NCBI GenBank assembly: GCA_008632985.1
Contig: QPGO01000160.1
Span: 1-64,000, forward strand
Reading direction: 5' to 3'
DNA length: 64,000 nt
DNA from: Psammoneis japonica
Lineage: Eukaryota
This document shows, one piece after another, positions 39,201 to 49,991 of this stretch (position 1 is the first letter of the stretch; every line of letters begins with the position of its first letter). Both the position numbers and the translations under genes were made by a program. The notes below the pieces were generated by a model. That model was not told where the DNA came from. It saw nothing but the letters and a program-made list of their open reading frames with translations, and did no database searches.

Positions 39201-41000
39201 CGGTTCCGCACCATCGCGAGGCGCCAAAAGAAGCTATTTCGCATGGCCAACCAAGCCAAGCTTCGCTCCTTCCGCACTGCACCTCGCCACAAGTGTGGAC
39301 ACAAAGTTCCCCAAGAACTACAAACACGCCATGTCACTAGACGAATGCAACGGCAACCGCAAGTGGGGAGACGCAACTAATCTCGAGATGGACCAACTCG
39401 ACGAATACGAAGTCTTCCATGACTGCGGGCCCTTCAAGTCTTCCACTCCTCCTGCGGGACACAAGAAGATCCGAGTGCACCTGGTGTGCGACGTGAAACA
39501 CGACGGTCGCCACAAGGCACGACTCGTAGCCGACGGGCACCTCACGGACGTACCTGTCGACAGTGTCTACTCCGGAGTAGTCTCCCTCCGTGGCCTTCGG
39601 CTGATGATTTTCCTGGCCGAACTCAACGAGTTGGAGACATGGGCCACCGACATTGGCAATGCCTACCTTGAAGCCACCACCAAGGAGAAGCTTTACATTG
39701 TAGCTGGACCCGAATTCGGCAAACTCGAAGGACACATCCTTGTCATCCACAAGGCACTGTATGGACTGCGCAGCTCCGGTCTCCGCTGGCACGAGCGCTT
39801 CGCCGACTGCCTGCGAGCTGAAGGCTTCTTCCCCTGCCGCGCCGAACCCGACATTTGGATGCGCAGGAACGGCGACCACTGTGAACACATTGCCGTTTAT
39901 GTGGATGACCTCGCCATTGCCATGAAGGACCCTCAATCTTTCGTCGACACTCTCACGGAAAAGCACAAGTTCAAGCTCAAGGGTGCGGGACCCATTGAGT
40001 TCCATCTGGGTTGCGACTTTTCCCGGGAACCCGACGGAACCTTGTGCCTGTCTCCGCGCAAGTACATCGAGCGCATGGTCGACAGCTGCGCCCGACTGTT
40101 TGGGGAGAAACCCACCACCAACGCCCTGTCACCTCTAGAGAAGGGTGACCACCCCGAACTGGACACTTCCGAACTGCTGGGACCCGATGGCATTCACAAG
40201 TTCCAGTCTCTTGTTGGTTCACTCCAATGGGCAGTGTCCCTTGGTCGAATTGACATTGCCACGGCCGTCATGTCACTCTCTAGCTTCCGAGCTGCGCCCC
40301 GTCAAGGCCACTTGGATCGTGCCAAACGCGTCTGTGGGTGCCTCTCCAAGATGCGACACGGTGCTCTCCGCGTTCGCACGGAAGAGCCCGACTATTCGGA
40401 TCTCCCTGCTCCGGCCTATGAATGGATGCATTCCGTGCATGGTGAAGCAGAAGAGATGATCCCAAAGGACGCTCCACCGCCCCTTGGCAAGTTTGTCACT
40501 GCCACCCACTACGTCGATGCAAACTTGTACCATTGCATGCTCACCGGACGCTCTGTCATGGGAATGCTCCACTTCCTCAACAAATTCCCGGCTGATTGGT
40601 TCTCTAAGAAACAAGCCACCGTGGAGACTGCGACCTGCGGGTCTGAATTTGTTGCCGCAAGGACTTGTGTTGAGCAGATTGTCGACCTGCGCATCACCCT
40701 GCGCTGCCTTGGCGTCCCGATCCGTAATGTTAGTTACATGTTCGGTGACAACAAGTCAGTTGTAGACAGTGCCACCATCCCGCACTCCAAGTTACACAAG
40801 CGACACACCGCACTGTCGTTCCACCGTGTGCGTGAGGCAATTGCCTCTGGTTACCTTGAGTTCCACTTCATCGAAGGCTCCCGCAACCCTGCTGACATTC
40901 TCAGCAAGCATTGGGGTCACTCCCAAATCTGGGACCTTCTCCGCCCCCTCATGTTCTGGAACTTCATTCCATCCGAAGTCGAATCTGTTTCTGTGGCTCC
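36261..41000 (+). pseudogene. pol: Copia gag C-terminus plus pol (protease, integrase, RT, RNase H); frameshift near 39310
   Basis: LVDRGANGG; SDRAQ, SEPHQQHQNFAER; DVKHDGRHKARLVA, DIGNAYL, ALYGLRSSG, YVDD; YVDAN, GSEF, FGDN, NPADILSK. Confidence 0.93.
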
Positions 41001-41017
41001 TCAAGCAAACTGGGGAG

Positions 41018-41294
41018 TGACAGGATTTGAACAGGATTTGGGTGCGCGCGAAGCATCGCGCGCTGTTTAGTTTGCCGCGCACAGTTTTGTGTGCTTTGGT
41101 TCCGCGCGTTCACGCGCGATGTAGTTTGCTTTCGAGCCACAAGGCTCACAAGAATGATGACAGCAGCCCGATCATGCCGACTTGCACGTCCCTCGGCTCC
41201 TGCAACGGTCTCTGAGCGGAGACTCATCTGCCATTTAGACAGCAGCAAGGAGTCATTGTTTTGAATTCTTGCCATTTGCCTTCAATTTCTGTCA
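41018..41294 (+). repeat. 3' LTR
   Basis: Direct repeat of 34351-34627, preceded by PPT and followed by TSD. Confidence 0.95.
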
Positions 41295-41799
41295 CTCATG
41301 ATGGAAGTCATTGCACCAGATGTGGCGCGGCACATTGTGCTCTGCTCTCTCCAGCAGGGGCACAGCCAAACAGGAGTTGTCCCCTTTTGTGCTGTCACAG
41401 ACTTTGGCTTTCACACACCAACATTGACCAAGGGCTCAATTTCATCTGCACGGGTTGCTGAATGTTGCACTCATCTTGTGTCATGAGATCTGGCAGATGG
41501 CCGCATGCCAACAGGAGGACAGGGCCCTGCAAAGCTGATGGTCATGTTTGCACATTTGTGGCACTTGTGTTTTTGGCATCTGAGGAGCTCTTCTTGTTGC
41601 AATGGAAAGTCTTTGGAAAAAATTCAGTCAGCTTGGCCTTGTCTCAAACCAAAAACAGTCTGAACAGGGCAAAGAAATGAGCACCTCATCACACAAAAGT
41701 TGCAGAACAACAATTGTGACTGTCTCCAAGCATTGGCTTTTCTTGTGTGGCCATGAGATGGGTTTTCAATCCTGGTTTTGTGACTCTTTGGCATGCCTG

Positions 41800-42990
41800 C
41801 ACCACCGCAACTGAGACTGTGGATGATGACACCTGAGCTTCTGTCATCCCATCGTGGCTTGTGCTTGACTCAATCATTTCTGCCCTTGACTGTTGCACCA
41901 TTGTTTGCAACAAATGCCTCTCACACAAGGAGATGCTGACAGACACCAACAACAACCTTTGGATGAAGCTCCATGCAATCACATCAACAAGGAAAAGAGC
42001 AATGCCCACCACCCCTGCCTTGTGGAGAGACAAAGCTCTCTCTGGCTGTGCATTTCAAAAACAACCAACATGGATTTGTTTTGTCATTTGTCAGTGGACA
42101 GGCCTCCCTGGCAAGAGACAAACCCTCCAACCACCAAGACAAAGCCATTCATGATCATGCCTTGGAGGTGATTTGTTTGTGCAGTGAACTCTCTCCAAGA
42201 CCAACACTGCTGTGTGTTTGGGCTGCATTCTGTGTTCATGGCTGCCTGGGTGTCAACTCCTAGAGTGAGCATTGGTCAGGTGGACATGTTCCCACCCCAG
42301 GTGATGCACAAGTGACAATCCATTTTGAACACAAATTGTGTGTTTCTTGTGCATGAGCATTTTCACATTAAAACACACTTGCACAGGTGAAAAGTGAAAA
42401 AAGGTTTTTACGGTGGCACTCAAGTCCTCATCATGGGATGCACATGATGTGTTGCAAATTCCTGAGCAGACTCAGCACTGATTGTGCAACAGCAGATTTG
42501 GTGCAATGATGAGAAGCTTTCACAGGTGTGGCAGAATGCCAATTTTACTTCATCACAAGTGACCAATTTGTGTTGACATGGTGAAAATCACCCATTGTGT
42601 TGAGACTTGTTTGTTGCAATAAAAACATTGATGGCACAAAAACAATCATGTTGCAACACTGGCACGAGTCTTGTCAGTGTGTTGCAAACTCTGACACTCA
42701 GGTGAATCTGGGCTTTTGGTGGCAAAAGCTTTGGTTGCAAGTCAGAGGCCACGTGAAATTGTGCAAATGTCATTTTTGTGCATGACTTGGTTTGCACGCG
42801 GCTGGAGCACATCATTGGCAACCAAACAAAGCTGGCAGATGACATGTCTTGGCAATCTGACCCTCACCTCCCTCATTTGGCTTGCACCACTCAGCCAGCA
42901 TCATGTCTGAGGTTTCCTTTTCTGAGGACTTGGACCTTTTTCCTCCTGATTCAAGAGTTTCCACAACTGCTCTCCACTCTCAACTGTTCT
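41800..42990 (+). mobile_element. Decayed DIRS/Ngaro-like RT-RNase H fragment
   Basis: VDDD at ~41820; HIIGNQTKLADDMS...FPFLRTWTFF resembles the RNase H end of YR retroelements. Confidence 0.4.
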
Positions 42991-45970
42991 CTGAGGAGTT
43001 GCTGCCGGTCCCTGTGCAGACCCCAGGGCACACAAAGGACAGCTTCAACACACTGGAGGCCTGTGTTGCATTCTTCCATGAACCTGAAATTGTTGTCGAT
43101 GATGATGGTAGAGCTGCAGCTGTTGTCAAGGATGATGCCCATGATGACTTTGGCTTTGTTCTTCCAGTTGTCCTTCAAGTCATGTGCCATCATGACACAT
43201 GTGGTGGGCCTGTTTGCAACTCCAAAGGGCATGACAATGCACCAACACTTCCTGCCCTGTGGGGCTGTGAGTGCAATTTTGGCAGCTGACAGTGCCCCCA
43301 TCTTATTTTGATGGTGTTGCTGCATGTGTTGAACAGGAAAAAGCTTGAAGCAGAGCTGATGGATGCAGTGTGAGACTGCTTTGGTCATCTGATCAAGATT
43401 GATGCTACCAATGCAGAGTCACCACCCAGATGAGCTCATTGACATCTGTGATGTCTTCTTGACAAGGCTTGGTGGCCACTCACTTGATGTGTTGGGACAA
43501 CATGTCCATTCTCCAGCAGTGTGTCAATTGCATCATTCATGATGGAGGTTTCATGTGGGCTGCATCTGATGTTCTTTGCCATGGTTGGCTTGACAGCATG
43601 CTGGCATTGATGACACATTTGCAGTCTTGGATGGGAGTTTTGACATTTTCTTTGCAGAAACAACACTGTGCTGCAGTTGAGCTTGATGATGTGAGACTTG
43701 ACGTTGTTGTCTGGCAGATTGTCATCAAGCCGCGAACTCTTTTGAAGCTCATTTGTGTCTCAGGCTTGGCCAAAGATGCAAGAAATGAAGTTGGGATCAA
43801 CATCAAGGTCTGTGCACTCTAGACAAGCATTCTTCTCAATGACTTTGCCAACGTGGGCCTTGTGAAGAAGTTGAAAGTCATCTTGGATGTCTGGTGAATT
43901 CTCTGTCTTTCAAAAAGGTTGGGCTTCTTGGCACAACACTGTGGTTTTAGAGTCATGATTTGGCAGCAATTCTGTGATTGCCCAGCAGTTGACCCTGTGA
44001 TGGAGGCATGTTTGGGACATTGACAGTGAGCCAAGTGATGGCAAGGCATGTGGCATGATGTGATGTTGGTTGTTCACAAATGACTTTGACATCATGCATG
44101 ATGCTGCAGTGTGTGACACAACATGGTGGTGCCAACCAGAAGTGGTGGTTGTGGATGGACCAAAATTGAAGTGAACTTTTGGGGAGATTTGAGAGGTCAA
44201 AGTGCCAATTTTGGGTTCTGTGTTGAAGGAGCAGTTCTCAATGAACTTGTTGATCTGGCCTGAATGCTGTTTGGCCACAATGAGATTCAAGCTGGATGCC
44301 AACATGTCACAAGAAATGAGCATTGGAGTGAGGAGCTTTGGAGTCAAGCAAGCCTTGGTGCAGAGCTCCACAGGAAATGGGTTGCAGTCAAGCAGCTCAG
44401 ATTCCTCTGCATTGTCTTTGAAGTCCATGGCCAAGTTGGCTGTGGAGATGAAGCTCATCCCCACAATGCAGCTCTTCACAAAGATGCTCTTTCTAACAGC
44501 AATTTTCAGGAATGTTCTTGGATGCCAATTCTTGGTGTTGTGGGGCAGATGGAACTCCAACACTGCAGGGAGACATTCACAGACATTTTTGTCTGGGTTT
44601 TGTCATCTTTCTGGACCACATTCAAAAGTGCAATGGGTGAGTGGTGATCTGTGGCATGACAGGTGCTCTTGACCAGCTTGGGGTGTGCACCTTTGCAACA
44701 GGCATCCAACAGTGTCAGAGCTGTCAATGATGGCATGGACACCCAGACTGAATGTGCTGTCAGGCAAGCCAAGCTGAAGCATGACATCATGAGGCAAGGT
44801 GTTGTTCACTGGGATGGGAAGTTGAGGAAAGTTGCTTTGTGCAAATTGAAGGACATGCGTGTGGAGAGCAACAACCATCTTGGAGTTGCTGTCACATTTG
44901 TCATTGGAGCTGCCAAGGAACTGCTTGATGGAGTTGATGATTGGGCTGGCAAGCTGATTGTTTCCCCCTGATTTGGACCAAGGAGACAGGAGAGCAGAGG
45001 GGAGCAGGTCACCAGTGTTGACATGGTTTTGATTGCAGCAACAACTGCATGTCCTCTCAGCGTGCTTCTTCACATGCTTGTTGTGAAGTCCTTGTTGCAT
45101 GCTGACTCAGTGTTCTCACAGTGCCCCAGCTCATTGACACAAGGACTGGCAATTGTTTTCATTTTTGAGTCACAGCACAGATGGTCCACAGCTCCACACC
45201 CCCAGCAACCCGACTTGCCTGCAGATTTGCACAGATTCAAAAGCCAAGGCAGTCTTGGTGGCATTGTGAGTGATGATGGGGTTCTTGCTTGTCTTGGTGG
45301 GTTGATGTTTTGGTCATGGTGGCTGCTTTTCAGATGGAGCAGAAGGGTGCTGGGCAGATGGCTGTTGGACAATGGTTGCAAAGCCACATGTCTTGTGGAG
45401 TTTGCCTTGGATGAACAGACAATTGGCAGCAAGATTTGACTTGGTGGTCTTGCCTGCTGCACGCTGTGAAAGCTGCCTGAGTGAGCCTGGTCTGTTCAGA
45501 GCATTGGAGAGAAGCATTTTCCATGTGGCTGCAGAATCCATTGACCTCCATCTTCAGATGGATTTGGGGGTCAAGATTGCTGATGAAAGTGTGCGAAATG
45601 GGTTTGTGATTGTTGCAACATGTTTCTGGCAGGTTTGGAAGAGGAGTCACCAAGATGGTGGTCTGCCGCCACTGGGCCATCCTGAGTGGGTTTGACAACA
45701 CCTGTGCTGTCAAGGCAACACTTGGGGATGATGTTGCCTGTGGCACCATGGCAGGACAACACACCTCAGAAAATTCACTGGCTGCTTGGAAGACTTTTTG
45801 CTGACATGTGGCGAGGTTGTCCATGATGCTGAGATGATTGGCAAGGGCTGGTGGGTGTGCACTGGCCACCACCACCCTCTTGTTGTTGACACATCAAACA
45901 AGAGGCAGCATCCAGCATTGCCTGTGTTGGCAGTGATGCCTGCATGGGATGCGACCATGGGTCTGTGATG
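42990..45970 (-). mobile_element. Decayed Ty3/Gypsy retrotransposon (gag to RT)
   Basis: CWGCGAVDH knuckle; IMNDAIDTLLENGH; HHQNKM...KIALTAPQGRKCWCIVMPFGVAN...IIIDN. Confidence 0.7.
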
Positions 45971-46490
45971 CTCGCGAGGTGAAAGCAACTGTCTCCGGGT
46001 GAACGGAAAAGAGGAAAACCGTTAGAGATTGGCGATTCATGTACCAACGGTTAACGGTTTTCTGGAGCAAGCGTCGATGACGTTACCCTATGATACATAA
46101 GGTACAGTTACGCTTGGTTACAGTAGTGCTAACTGTACTTTAGAATCAGAATAATACCGGTATGTACAGTATGTACCCTTAGGTTGATTATATATTATAT
46201 CACGAGGTTGGAAGGTGGCCGGCGCGACAAGCCTACCGGTATGTACATAACATTTAATATTCATATGTTACTGTACTATAACAGGGACAGTATGGAGTTA
46301 AGGGGGGTCATCCCCGCGTTTATCCTAAAATTACCGTTGCATTTGAATAAGGTTTTTTATAGTGTTTATTTTTGAATACAAGAATTATTCATAGTCACAC
46401 CCGATCGCGCACGAAAACGAGAACCATCAGCACCGCGATCGAAGCACGACGATGATGACAATCATCGATATTTCTCAAAAACGTAGTTTG

Positions 46491-46565
46491 CCGTCTACCA
46501 ACTTTTCATGTATGTACAATCTTTGATACATAACAAGCATAAAATAAATGAGAGTTGGTAGACGG
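46491..46565. repeat. Inverted repeat with AT-rich spacer
   Basis: CCGTCTACCAACTTTTCAT ... ATGAGAGTTGGTAGACGG. Confidence 0.8.
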
Positions 46566-46958
46566 ACCACCTCCGTCACAGACTTATGGCTTGTTGTTTT
46601 CACCACGGTGAAGCACGGTGAAATTCAGGAAAAATCATGCAAAACACGAGCTGTTCGGCCGAATTCGAGCTAAAAAAAGTAGCAACCGACCACCCTTAAA
46701 AGAACAGATCCCCTCACTATTCTTGGTGAGAACAGAAGAGTGCAACGATGGACAGCTTGCCGAGTTTCGTTTTTGGTGTGAAGTGTGTTTTTGTGTGGGA
46801 TGCACACACGAGCTGTTTAGTGTCATCCTGCGCAGTGAGGTGAATTCAAAAAACCTCCGATTTGCACTCGCACTCTCACATGCCAATGAACGAAACGTGC
46901 CGATGGCCGATGCTGCTACGGTACGTTCGTCCTAGCACCCAACACTCTCGCTTCACCC

Positions 46959-48271
46959 ATGGGCATGTCAGGTCTTGACAAAGTTTGTGGCAGACAGAAG
47001 AGCTGCCATGTGATGTGGTGATGTTTCTCATGGAGCAGAAGGCTGCTGGCACACGTCAGAATGTGGACGCGCCTAGCAACACTGGTGAAGCAATTGCGGT
47101 GCAACAACCCATGCGTCATTTGAAGTGTGCGATTGATGCAAATCTCGTGGGATGCAAGTGTGCACACGACCGATCATCATGCACGCCAGACGGGGCTGTC
47201 GAACGAATCGCTCGAGCTTTGTCTGATTCGAGAATTGATGCACACATTGTTTGTGACAACGCCACGGCAAGGCACCCATCCAAGTGAGCCTCGTGCTCTC
47301 GTCGAGCAGAGAGTGCTGAGAAAGCAATGCGTCTCATTGTGAGGAGAGCTGAGCTTCAATCTCTGCCAAATGAGAATGACAACACAGCTGAACACGCTGC
47401 AACAGTTGATGATTTCCAGAAGAAGATGCGAAGCCCAGAAAATGCCATAAAGCGGCTCCAGCTGCCGGAAGACTTTGCAACAAAATTGCAAGAATTTGTT
47501 GATTCGTGTGACTGTAGAGACAAAGGAGTTGTTGCTTTTGAAGTCTCACCAATGCAAGCGGATCCTTGTGTTGCAAAGTTGGCCACTGATGGTGAAGTTG
47601 ACTTTTTGATGTCCGGAGATTCGGACTTTCCCATGTGCATTGGACCAAACGGCAAAAGCGACATGGGTGACATTGTCATGAAAGATGTAAAGTTGGGAAC
47701 CAAAAAGGAGCCAATCCGCAGCTGCAAAGTTTACACTGGTCAGAAGGCCGTCGCCGACCTCATCAGCAAAATTCTCACACCCAAGCTAGGACGTTGTCCT
47801 TTTGATTCGGAGGATGGGCGCATCCCAGACTGTCCATTGTTTGACAGGGTACAAGATCCAATGGAACGTGCATTGTTGGGACCAATGACAGGTTGTGATG
47901 TTTGCCCAGGAGGGATGTCTGGAGTGGGTCCAAAGGCTGCCTCCGTCGTGTTCCAGAAACATTGTGCCAGTGGTTTGTCGGGTTCGGCGCTCCACGATGC
48001 ATTGGCAAATGACATGTCCTCCTTAGCTGGAGCAACATTGAAAAACAAAAATGCCGTGTTGTGCATGGCGGCTGCTCTCATGTTTGAGAAAACCAATGAT
48101 GGATGCGTGTTTCAAGCGCCAAAGGAGTTAGATCGATTCAATCAAGATTTCGCTGATTCTGAAACTATGATCATTGATGGGCCGGCTGTTTCTACATGCA
48201 AAGGTTGCTCGGCAGAGTCATCTCACCCATTTTTAGCAAGAAGCCAAAAGCAACACTTTGTTGTTGCGTGA
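46959..48271 (+). pseudogene. XPG/FEN1/Exo1-family nuclease (N and I regions), transposon-associated
   Basis: MGMSGL, AIDAN, IVCDN...PSK, SPMQAD, SGDSDF, GCDVCPGGMSGVGPKAA; frameshift near 46984 and in-frame TGA at 47285. Confidence 0.75.
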
Positions 48272-49704
48272 AAGAGTGCAGCAATGACAACACGAACTCA
48301 AAGTTAAGTCGTGCACCAAATTTACCCCCGAAATTAAAAGAAACCGCAACGCCTGCAAAGTGGATGACTTGCCAGCAAAAAGTCTTCCGACGACGAGAGT
48401 GGATGGACCGACTCGGCTACGGTCGGTTTTGCACAAGTTCCGACCTCAGGACATGCGACAAACATCCAATGGAAATGGTGACAGGTAAAAGAACCAAAAG
48501 CTCAAATAAGGTGATGTCCATTCCTCCATTCCAAGCTCCAGTGCAAGTTGGGGAGAGGAGTCATGACACGCCGGCAAAAACAATGTCGAACGGAAATGGT
48601 GCGGAACGAGAGATCTTGCGTCACGCAAAGAGAATGAGCATGGAAGAATCAAAGCTGTCCTTGCCGACTCGTTTAGCCATGGCAAGAGAAGGCACCAACC
48701 ACAGTGATCTAAAACAATCAGTGCCGGACCCACAGAAAATGGACCCGAGAAGCCTTGCCAATGAAACGCCGAACTCTCCGAAAACATCACTGCGAGCCCT
48801 TGCACCAAAAGAAGCAAAGCGACGCACCGGATTCAGAGATTTAAAACATTTGCTTCGGCACACCAATGTCATTTATGCTGGAGACTTTGACAAGATGGCG
48901 AAGACTGTGACGAAAATGACTTGGCTGGAAGAGCTGTCACTGTGCTTCGAGTTCACGTACGGCCGAAGCAAGAGCCGATCGCAAGACTTTGAATCTGAGC
49001 ATGACGTTGGGCACAGGGTTCTCATGAAAGCCCTTGAGTTCAGGCTTAAAGTTGAGCTTGATTGTCGTGCTCGATGGCCCATGTATGCCTCCCATGCAGA
49101 GGATGCAAAGTTCAGAGACGAAGCATGGAACAGACACTTCGACCAAACGACTGGACCTCGGGTGGTCATGCACGACGCGTCAAACGCACCTTTGCCCACC
49201 CCATCTTCAGGTGACATGAACCGTGCCCTGTGTAATTCCTACTACAACATGTGCTGTGGAAAAGCTGGCATTGCCGCCCAACTCTGTTGTTGGACATTCG
49301 GATTGCCTCTTGTCGCGGGTCACAGTGACGACGACAGACTCATCAAGGATGCGAGGATGCTGGAACTGCAAAAAGTCTTCTCCGAAACAGACCCTTCTTC
49401 AGACATGCCATTTTTGAACATTTTTGATAAAGGACATCACCTAACTTTGGAAGCTCAGACGTGTGGTCAATTGTGCCTGCGTCCTGATGATGCGGATGAG
49501 ACGTTCGGTGGCGACAAGGTTCTCAGAACGGGGTGCATCGCAGTGACTAGATCAGGGAATGAACGAGCTGTGAATCGTTGCAAAATGTCTTGGTTCATCA
49601 AGAGAGGGTGCGTTGATCAGAAGCGTGGGAACATCGGTTTTCTGTGTGATGCATGGGAAAGTTTCACGTTTAGAGTCAACTTCATGTGCAACAAGTTCCA
49701 ATGA
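48240..49704 (+). mobile_element. THAP-like domain plus PIF/Harbinger-ISL2EU-type DDE transposase
   Basis: CCVKECSN...P...W...CDKH; VMHDASN, NSYY, GHSDD, IFDKGH, IAVTRSGNERAVNRCK; TIRs not found. Confidence 0.75.
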
Positions 49705-49991
49705 GGATTGAGCGGGCAACAATTTGGCTGCAAATTGCAGCCGACAATCACGAAACAAATCTTACCTCTACAAATGTGACGATGTAGGTGTATACATGTG
49801 GCATTGTTATACGAGGAAATAATGCTGTAGTGAACATAATGTTGGAAACAGCATCAAATTGTAGCCTGCTGTTTAGCATCGTTGTTTCTCGTTGTGGTTG
49901 AGATGTGTCTTGGATCTTCGCCATCTCCGTATGGTGCTACACAGAATTACGTACGTAGAATGGTACATGCGTTTGTACCGGCATACCAAAA

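Larger units (their letters stand above)
34351..41294 (+). mobile_element. Ty1/Copia (CoDi-like) LTR retrotransposon with both LTRs, 5-bp TSD CTCAT and an internal inversion
   Basis: 277-bp LTRs TGACAG...CTGTCA; CTCAT at 34346-34350 and 41295-41299; short PPT GGGGAG at 41012-41017; PR-IN-RT-RH domain order. Confidence 0.95.
33240..41660. mobile_element. Old unclassified repeat (33240-34350 and 41295-41660) split by the Copia insertion; homologous to 53250-54887
   Basis: Shared blocks GAGTTGTCACTTTGGA, TCAAAATGACAGTG.TGAAAA, CATGAGATCTGG, GCATGCCAACAGGAGGAC and TTGTTGCAATGGAAA in the same order. Confidence 0.7.

Noticed and set aside
39290..39330. Programmed frameshift between integrase and RT
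   Set aside because: Not the usual position for Copia; a CCCC run suggests an indel
36291..41070. Alternative genetic code as the explanation for Tyr->Cys/His
   Set aside because: Host genes use Tyr normally, and non-coding LTR and repeat pairs show the same nucleotide changes
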